DNA of 64,000 bases from an uncultured Patescibacteria group bacterium (GTDB lineage: Bacteria > Patescibacteriota > Microgenomatia > UBA10105 > UBA927). The notes below the pieces were generated by a model that saw nothing but the letters and a program-made list of their open reading frames with translations, was not told the DNA's origin and did not search any database. Below, piece by piece: positions 58,581-64,000 of the stretch. The first letter of the stretch is position 1, and each line of letters begins with the position of its first letter. The translations under genes and the position numbers were made by a program. The stretch is taken from positions 1,089 to 65,088 of the forward strand of contig CAKZSU010000006.1 of the NCBI GenBank assembly GCA_937921305.1. Reading direction: 5' to 3'.

Positions 58581-59503
58581 AAGACGCTTCCATGAATAAT
58601 CATATTGCTTGCGATCAAGATTGCCAAGAAAAATAATCCATGGGCGAAGGTCGATCCAACAGCTCGAACTTTCTTCTTCTTTGCCATAATCCATATATCC
58701 AACAACAACACGCCAAGAAACATGCCTCCGAACATCATCGTGATATCTCGACGCACTTTTACAACATCAACCTGTGGCATAGAGATAACGGATGGAAACG
58801 GAATCTCATTGATAGACGCCGCAACTTGCGGAACTTCAACAGAATTTGTCGGCGATCCAGCATCAGCAATCATCGATTCAGATGCAGTAGATTCTTCTGT
58901 CGGCTCATCTACCGCTTGACTTACCGGACGAGCGGACGGACGAGCGCCAAACATTTGCACCACAAGTGTTGTTTCTTCTCCTTGAAGTTTTCCATTCACA
59001 ACAGCGAATCCAACATCTTTGTATCCCTTTTTAAGGATATTATCCCGATGACTCGAAGACGCCATCCATGCGTTGACAACGCCGGTGCTATCCTGAAAAT
59101 TCTTCGCCAAATTTTCACCTGCGACGGTATATTTATACCCAGAAGCAACAATAAAATCCCACGGCGTCTTTCCATCAGGAGACACATGTGCCCAGTAATT
59201 TTTTGCAAACATATCTTCTGCTTTTTTCGCAGCCGCTTGAGACAATTGCTGATCAAGACGAAGGGGAGACAATCCAGCCTCTATCCGTTTTTCATTAGTT
59301 TTTCTTAATAATTCCTGGACTTGAATATTTGTCGCGTATCCCAACACATCAGGAAACCATTGTGTCATCATCCGAAGACCAATATTTATGACAAGAAATG
59401 CCAATAAATACAGCATCAAGACATCGATGTGCAACGCCTTTGCCCTATGATTATTGCCGTGATGAGGGATAAACAAATGCTTTACCAACGAAAGAAGACT
59501 CAT
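58577..59503 (-). CDS. CAP/SCP (PR-1-like) domain protein with an N-terminal TM anchor and a C-terminal TM segment
   Basis: ...NEKRIEAGLSPLRLDQQLSQAAAKKAEDMFAKNYWAHVSPDGKTPWDFIVASGYKYTVAGENLAKNFQDSTGVVNAWMASSSHRDNILKKGYKDVGFAV... matches the CAP domain motifs (HxxNxxR, GENL, HRxNIL). There are hydrophobic segments near both termini. Confidence 0.65.
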   Translation of the reverse strand: MSLLSLVKHLFIPHHGNNHRAKALHIDVLMLYLLAFLVINIGLRMMTQWFPDVLGYATNIQVQELLRKTNEKRIEAGLSPLRLDQQLSQAAAKKAEDMFAKNYWAHVSPDGKTPWDFIVASGYKYTVAGENLAKNFQDSTGVVNAWMASSSHRDNILKKGYKDVGFAVVNGKLQGEETTLVVQMFGARPSARPVSQAVDEPTEESTASESMIADAGSPTNSVEVPQVAASINEIPFPSVISMPQVDVVKVRRDITMMFGGMFLGVLLLDIWIMAKKKKVRAVGSTFAHGLFFLAILIASNMIIHGSVL

Positions 59504-59553
59504 ACTCTTCCATCATAAAATAGGATCAATGAGTAATTCTAGAGGGAAGAAGA

Positions 59554-60123
59554 TTATTGTTGAGGAATAGCGTACACAACACGACGTTTTTGATCAAATG
59601 CGCCTTCGCAGGTATACAATGTTAATCGATTATCCTCAGAAAAGATAGCCTCCACATCATGTTTTGATACCGTTTTTGATTCAATTACTGTATACAAATG
59701 ACTTCTCTCTCCTTGATGCAATTCAATTGCATCGCCGGGGACAAGTTTATGGAGATCGCCCCACAAATTTTTCCAGTTATGCGCATACAAAATCACATTC
59801 CCTTCGCCGGGAACCGCGGATGTAGAAAGCCACGCAACGCTAGTATCAAACAGTTGCCACGCGTTATCTTTAACAATTGCTGCTTGAATAACATGCTGTT
59901 TATTAATTTTTGGAATATAGATGCTTGTTGGCGGTTGTTTTGTTGTGCTTTTCCTCTCGTGCTGATCCACAAGATCGACTACGAATGAAGCGTTCATAGG
60001 CACATAAAACTGTTGATCGCGAATTGTCGTTGCAACCCGATAAGAAGTATAAAAAAGAACTGCTGGAACCAGAAAGACAAAAAGACGAATAATCTTATCG
60101 CGAAAATTTATGATATATGCCAT
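59554..60123 (-). CDS. Sortase-family transpeptidase
   Basis: 189 aa with an N-terminal TM anchor, ...VILYAHNW... (catalytic His region) and ...NRLTLYTCEG... (the TLxTC catalytic-Cys motif). Confidence 0.7.
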   Translation of the reverse strand: MAYIINFRDKIIRLFVFLVPAVLFYTSYRVATTIRDQQFYVPMNASFVVDLVDQHERKSTTKQPPTSIYIPKINKQHVIQAAIVKDNAWQLFDTSVAWLSTSAVPGEGNVILYAHNWKNLWGDLHKLVPGDAIELHQGERSHLYTVIESKTVSKHDVEAIFSEDNRLTLYTCEGAFDQKRRVVYAIPQQ

Positions 60124-61219
60124 AGAAGATCGTTCCCATTAATAAAGACATCGCTATGGCACTGTATTGGTCTAATCGACCCGTCGCGCCCAAAACATCT
60201 GTAGAAACACCCAACACCTGTCCTCCGCCAATCGAAGTAGACACTCCTAACACTTGACCGCCATTTCCAACAGATCGCTCGTCAGAAGGATCTCCCGGCA
60301 TGCAATCATTGATTCCGCGAACTTGAAAATAATATGTCGCGTTGGGATCCAAACCTCCTATGACAAACGATGTGATATTTCCCGTAGAAGGAACGCCAAA
60401 TTGATAACTCCCAGAAGATAATCCATAGGATATCGCATATGTTGTTACCGGAGCAACTTCTGTCCACGATAAACTAACCGTCGTTGGACTCGTTCGAGTA
60501 ATCGACGTAATCGATGGCTTTGCTGGTTTTCCCGCAGGACACTGTTGCGCTGTTGGATTCGTATTCGATCCGCCACCATTTGATCCTGAAGAAGATTGTG
60601 ATTGAGATGTCGGCATCGGTGTTGGCAACGAAGATGGAGACATCAGCGGTGTTGGCGTTATTGTTGGCGTCGGTCCGCCAGTATTACCCTCATTACATGG
60701 TTCGGCGTTAACCGCTCTCACGCCATCAACATCATATCCATCGGCAATGTCATCGGTAAAAATCGTCGGATCGCTGATATCTGTTATTCTGACATAGTTT
60801 ACACATGAGAATCCGCTTGGCATATCGACTTGTCCATCTTGGACAACTGTTCCAGCGAGAACCCAATTGACACCATCTTGAGATACTTCTATTCTTGCAC
60901 GCTCCTCTGGATAATTTGGCCAAGTAGATTCAACAACAATCACCCCATCACGAACGCCATTATCAAAACGAAGTACGATATTCCCGCCAAACCCAAGGGA
61001 AAAGAAATATCCATCGACATTACTATTTTCCGCCGGACCAAGCGCGGAAGAAGGATTGCTTCGTATTGCCGGCACTGGATTGCCATTCTTCATTAATCCT
61101 TGTGAATAGGAGATAACCTCGTCAGCCCATGGACCCAAGCCATCGGGTGTCGCAGCGAAAACAATAAAAAAAGACAACGAAACAAAAAAGAATAGTGAAA
61201 GAAAAAAGAGTTTTTTCAT
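60095..61219 (-). CDS. Secreted surface protein. Signal peptide, jelly-roll/lectin-like N-domain, Pro/Thr/Ser-rich linker, fibronectin type III domain, and a C-terminal sorting-signal-like tail.
   Basis: The likely start is MKKLFFLSLFFFVSLSFFIVFAA (signal peptide). The linker is TPTITPTPLMSPSSLPTPMPTSQSQSSSGSNGGGSN. The FN3-like region is PSITSITRTSPTTVSLSWTEV...YYFQVRGIND. The C-terminus is ...GGQVLGVSTSIGGGQVLGVSTDVLGATG-RLDQYSAIAMSLLMGTIFYGIY-HKFSR (motif, hydrophobic stretch, basic tail). Confidence 0.6.
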   Translation of the reverse strand: MKKLFFLSLFFFVSLSFFIVFAATPDGLGPWADEVISYSQGLMKNGNPVPAIRSNPSSALGPAENSNVDGYFFSLGFGGNIVLRFDNGVRDGVIVVESTWPNYPEERARIEVSQDGVNWVLAGTVVQDGQVDMPSGFSCVNYVRITDISDPTIFTDDIADGYDVDGVRAVNAEPCNEGNTGGPTPTITPTPLMSPSSLPTPMPTSQSQSSSGSNGGGSNTNPTAQQCPAGKPAKPSITSITRTSPTTVSLSWTEVAPVTTYAISYGLSSGSYQFGVPSTGNITSFVIGGLDPNATYYFQVRGINDCMPGDPSDERSVGNGGQVLGVSTSIGGGQVLGVSTDVLGATGRLDQYSAIAMSLLMGTIFYGIYHKFSR

Positions 61220-61270
61220 CCTATATTTTTTTAATAGGGGTATTATATAGAGAAGAATTATTTTTGTCAA

Positions 61271-61461
61271 ATTCAGTACTCGTTTTTTTCTTAAATACCT
61301 ATTTTTTAAAATATTTATTATTTATTGCAGATACAGCATAAAATTTAACATTATAAATAATAATATATTATTGATGATTACAAAAAAATAGTAATATTCT
61401 TCATATATACTTCTCTATATCGATCGTTAATTAAACACTTTCTGTATCAAATTAAGAAAAA
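61271..61461. promoter_or_regulatory. AT-rich 190-bp intergenic region upstream of the surface-protein/sortase operon. Probable promoter.
   Basis: It is more than 80% A+T, with several TATAAT/TATATA-like hexamers and long T/A runs. It is the largest non-coding gap in the window. Confidence 0.4.
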
Positions 61462-62775
61462 CTATGTATGTTCTATAGGTGCATAGAAAAGAAAAAAGAA
61501 GAAAGGGAAACGCGTTTTTAAAAATTTCATGACCTTAAATATAAATGTTTCATGCAAGTAAGGAAGGGTAATCATATTCTTCCCTTCAGACAACTGAATA
61601 TCAGTCGTATGAACATATGGACTCGAAACTGTCGCTACTTCTCCGTTATACATCAAGGGCAATCGAAACAACCCAGTTGCATCTGTGACGATATTTCTAT
61701 ATCGCGTCTCAATAAATATCTCACTAAGAGGTTTGCCAAGTTCATCTCGAACGATTCCAAACGCTTGTTTCGGTCGATAAAATTCCTCAAGAACCGATAT
61801 TCCTTTTTTTCTTTTCCCATCGATTGTTATAAGCTCTGTTGAACCCCCAGTGCTTACCCAATAATTTACCCCAATAACATCTAGATGTTCGACAAATACT
61901 TCAAGAAATTCTCGGAGAAGACTTGCTTGAGCTTCTTCTGAAAGTTTTCCATGAATATCAGGAATTGGCAACCCAAATTCTCCTATCATGATTTTCCCCT
62001 TGCTTCGGTCTGCGTACCGTTTTAAATCTTGTCTCATTTTTTCTGGCGTTTTTACATAATGATCAATCGTGACAACCCCATCAAGAGCGCTCGTCATCTC
62101 CTCGTCCATGATCAGAAACGCGACATCGCCATTCATAGAGTATAGATTTGCTTGGACGCGTTTATTTATTCGGTCAAACGATTCTTTCGCGATCGCATAT
62201 TCCTCCAGTAAGAATCGTTTAAATCCCTCGACATCTCCCGTCATTCGCGGATCGCCTGGACCGCCATTTTCACATTCTGGACAAGAAGTAAAAAGATCGC
62301 CATCTTCAAATAATAGAGAATTATTCAAAATAAATTCTTTCAATTGTTTCTTATGTTCTTCTCGTGTCATTTTTTTGTATCCAAACCATTCTTCCCATCC
62401 AGAGAAATTACCTCGAAACCAAATATTTAATTTTTCCGCTCTTGCATAGTGAACCCATCGTTTCATAAATGGAATAAATTCATTATCATAGGGTGTCGCA
62501 ATAGCGATATGCGTCGCGCCAATATCTTTCGCCAATAAAACTTGACGCTTGATAATTTCATCAAACGACTTGTCATTTCGCTTCTCTTGCGCGACATCTC
62601 GAGAAAATTTCATCGTATCAATAGAGCGAATCTTCCACCACCCAGTCAATGACTCACCATCTAATCCTTTTGCATGAATACCATCAGGAAAAAAAGCGAA
62701 CCCCATGAGGCATATCACAATGATGAAGCGGCGAAAGAAACAAAAAAGAAAAAAGACAATTCGTTGTCTATTCAT
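61462..62775 (-). CDS. Membrane-anchored glycoside hydrolase, clan GH-A-like TIM barrel (family unresolved)
   Basis: 437 aa. N-terminal TM (FFLFCFFRRFIIVICLMGFAFF), ...GATHIAIATPYDNE... and ...KIMIGEFGLPIP... resemble the NE acid/base and (I/V)xEFG nucleophile motifs of clan-A GHs. Confidence 0.45.
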   Translation of the reverse strand: MNRQRIVFFLFCFFRRFIIVICLMGFAFFPDGIHAKGLDGESLTGWWKIRSIDTMKFSRDVAQEKRNDKSFDEIIKRQVLLAKDIGATHIAIATPYDNEFIPFMKRWVHYARAEKLNIWFRGNFSGWEEWFGYKKMTREEHKKQLKEFILNNSLLFEDGDLFTSCPECENGGPGDPRMTGDVEGFKRFLLEEYAIAKESFDRINKRVQANLYSMNGDVAFLIMDEEMTSALDGVVTIDHYVKTPEKMRQDLKRYADRSKGKIMIGEFGLPIPDIHGKLSEEAQASLLREFLEVFVEHLDVIGVNYWVSTGGSTELITIDGKRKKGISVLEEFYRPKQAFGIVRDELGKPLSEIFIETRYRNIVTDATGLFRLPLMYNGEVATVSSPYVHTTDIQLSEGKNMITLPYLHETFIFKVMKFLKTRFPFFFFLFYAPIEHT

Positions 62776-63967
62776 TGCTTTGATTATATCGTTCGCGAAT
62801 AATTTTTCCTATCAACGCGCTTCCTGGAAATTTATATGCTGTTTTCCAATCAGACTTTCCCCAATGACCCATAAAATTATCCTCATTCGCCATCTGCCAT
62901 ACGCCGTGCGCACCATACGCGTGCCCGCACGCGCCATAACGAAGAGAAATGTCAATCGCTTCCTTCTGATGCTTTTCGCCAAAATTACTTCGTATCCCTT
63001 CATACCATGGTTCAAGATTAATGATTGGTACGCCTTCGCGCTGCGCTTCCCGCAACGCGGATATCATAAACAATCTTCCATCTTCGCTATGCCCTGACTG
63101 AATACTATCGATATCAAGCCATGAAGGATAATGAAATAATACAAACGCTCGCATCCTCTTATGCGGATGGACCATGAGTATTCTACCGTAAGGATCATGA
63201 TCCTTAATCCATTGCCCCACGCGACTCCATTGGGCTATACGTTTTCTAAGCAAAAAAGAAGAGAAGAGATCTTTCCATCGAGACATATGCCAAAATATAT
63301 CTACTTCTCCTGCCAAACAAAACATCACAGGATATGACGCATATCTTGCTATAATTTCTTTCCACAAACGAATTACCCTTCGTACCCCAATCACATCTAT
63401 ATGATGACCCCATCCGCCAAATATGCACGGCACCATTCCATACTCAATAATCATTTGAATCCTGTTGTCAACTTCATCAAAATAGGAAGGATTGATCGCA
63501 AACGTTTTTGTAAATGGATGACCGCCATCGTTTTCTGCCTCGTGAGAGAAAAAGGGAATTTCAGGAGGAACGCCAACGATGCATTGAACAGCTGTAAACC
63601 CTTTCTTCTTTCTATCTTTTAATAAAGTTTTAAGATCGATTCGAGACGCTCGATTCGTCATGCCATACCACCATGTATCAGCAAGATAGAAAAATGGCGT
63701 GTTATCATCGTGGATAAGATGTCTTCCTGATACTTTTATTGGTCCATGAAAAAACAACTTGTTCTTCCCTTTATATGGAACAACACGATATGTTTTTCCA
63801 TTTGATAATCGAATAATTCCTACCTCTGAAGAAGAAAATCGGACACACCATGCGCGATTACCCTTTTGAAATGGCATAGCGAAAATTATCTTCCCTGATG
63901 GAAGGATCACCGCAAGGGGATTTTTTGATGCTTCTTCAATCGTTTGATACCGAGTTATTGTTTCCAC
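62768..63967 (-). CDS. DUF4038/GH140-like glycoside hydrolase
   Basis: 399 aa. ...DNTPFFYLADTWWYGMTNRAS...KKGFTAVQCIVGVPPE... resembles the N-terminal 'ffwLGDTaW' signature of the DUF4038 (GH140) TIM-barrel family. No signal peptide. Confidence 0.45.
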   Translation of the reverse strand: METITRYQTIEEASKNPLAVILPSGKIIFAMPFQKGNRAWCVRFSSSEVGIIRLSNGKTYRVVPYKGKNKLFFHGPIKVSGRHLIHDDNTPFFYLADTWWYGMTNRASRIDLKTLLKDRKKKGFTAVQCIVGVPPEIPFFSHEAENDGGHPFTKTFAINPSYFDEVDNRIQMIIEYGMVPCIFGGWGHHIDVIGVRRVIRLWKEIIARYASYPVMFCLAGEVDIFWHMSRWKDLFSSFLLRKRIAQWSRVGQWIKDHDPYGRILMVHPHKRMRAFVLFHYPSWLDIDSIQSGHSEDGRLFMISALREAQREGVPIINLEPWYEGIRSNFGEKHQKEAIDISLRYGACGHAYGAHGVWQMANEDNFMGHWGKSDWKTAYKFPGSALIGKIIRERYNQSNE

Positions 63968-64000
63968 AGTTTTGTCGCTATTGTATCTGGAAGTTCAACA

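Noticed and set aside
58640-59308. 222-aa ORF on the plus strand, antisense to the CAP-domain gene
   Set aside because: It is Arg/Ser-rich with low complexity and lies entirely within a minus-strand gene that has a recognisable domain. This is the typical shadow ORF of an AT-rich coding region.
61271-61461. AT-rich 190-bp region as a possible small RNA gene or mobile-element end
   Set aside because: There is no inverted-repeat termini, no terminator-like hairpin and no conserved RNA structure evident. It is most simply the promoter/UTR of the surface-protein operon.
1-64000. Search for CRISPR repeats, tRNA or rRNA genes, integrase or transposase genes, and toxin-antitoxin or other defence modules
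   Set aside because: I saw no direct-repeat and spacer periodicity, no cloverleaf-like GC-rich 75-nt islands, and no recombinase, nuclease or ATPase motifs among the ORFs. The window is essentially all glycosylation and envelope genes.

Overview
This 64-kb window is AT-rich, about 97% coding, and uses the standard genetic code with long ORFs. It is taken up almost entirely by one very large cell-envelope glycosylation locus. I found no rRNA, tRNA, CRISPR array, transposase, integrase or recognisable defence gene. Genes form three tightly packed blocks with frequent 4-20 bp stop/start overlaps: minus strand 1-22031, plus strand 22065-30838, minus strand 30821-63967. The content has five layers.

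(i) Nucleotide-sugar genes: a WecB-like UDP-GlcNAc 2-epimerase, and an rmlA-rmlB-rmlD-ugd-Gmd/Rmd-like operon with no rmlC.

(ii) About 13 GT2 (GT-A fold) and 3 GT4 glycosyltransferases. At least four of the GT2 genes look like polyprenyl-phosphate-sugar synthases (DPM1-like), and one is fused to a GtrA-like domain.

(iii) Two Wzx/MOP-type flippases.

(iv) An unusual concentration of about 22 large polytopic membrane proteins that look like GT-C-fold glycosyltransferases, in recognisable paralog families. Five are PMT/ArnT-like with a conserved DE...LGYNAYS..TG(K/R)DE(H/Y)G loop. Six belong to an uncharacterised family with a THDG-x2-H ... PRW ... LN-x-GYG-xP motif and a YfhO-like C-terminal YYPGW domain. 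Three are YfhO-like proteins of about 750 aa. Several are orphans.

(v) At the 3' end, a CAP/SCP-domain protein, a sortase, and a signal-peptide FN3 surface protein with a Pro/Thr/Ser-rich linker and a non-canonical sorting-signal-like C-terminus, followed by two glycoside hydrolases.

Gene content (sortase, short-form RmlA, many PMT-like paralogs, low GC) suggests a Candidate-Phyla-Radiation-like or similar small-genome bacterium; this is inference. The candidate 'system' is a combinatorial, lipid-linked-sugar-dependent surface/protein O-glycosylation machinery of unusual paralog density. All family calls rest on motifs read by eye and should be confirmed with profile HMMs.
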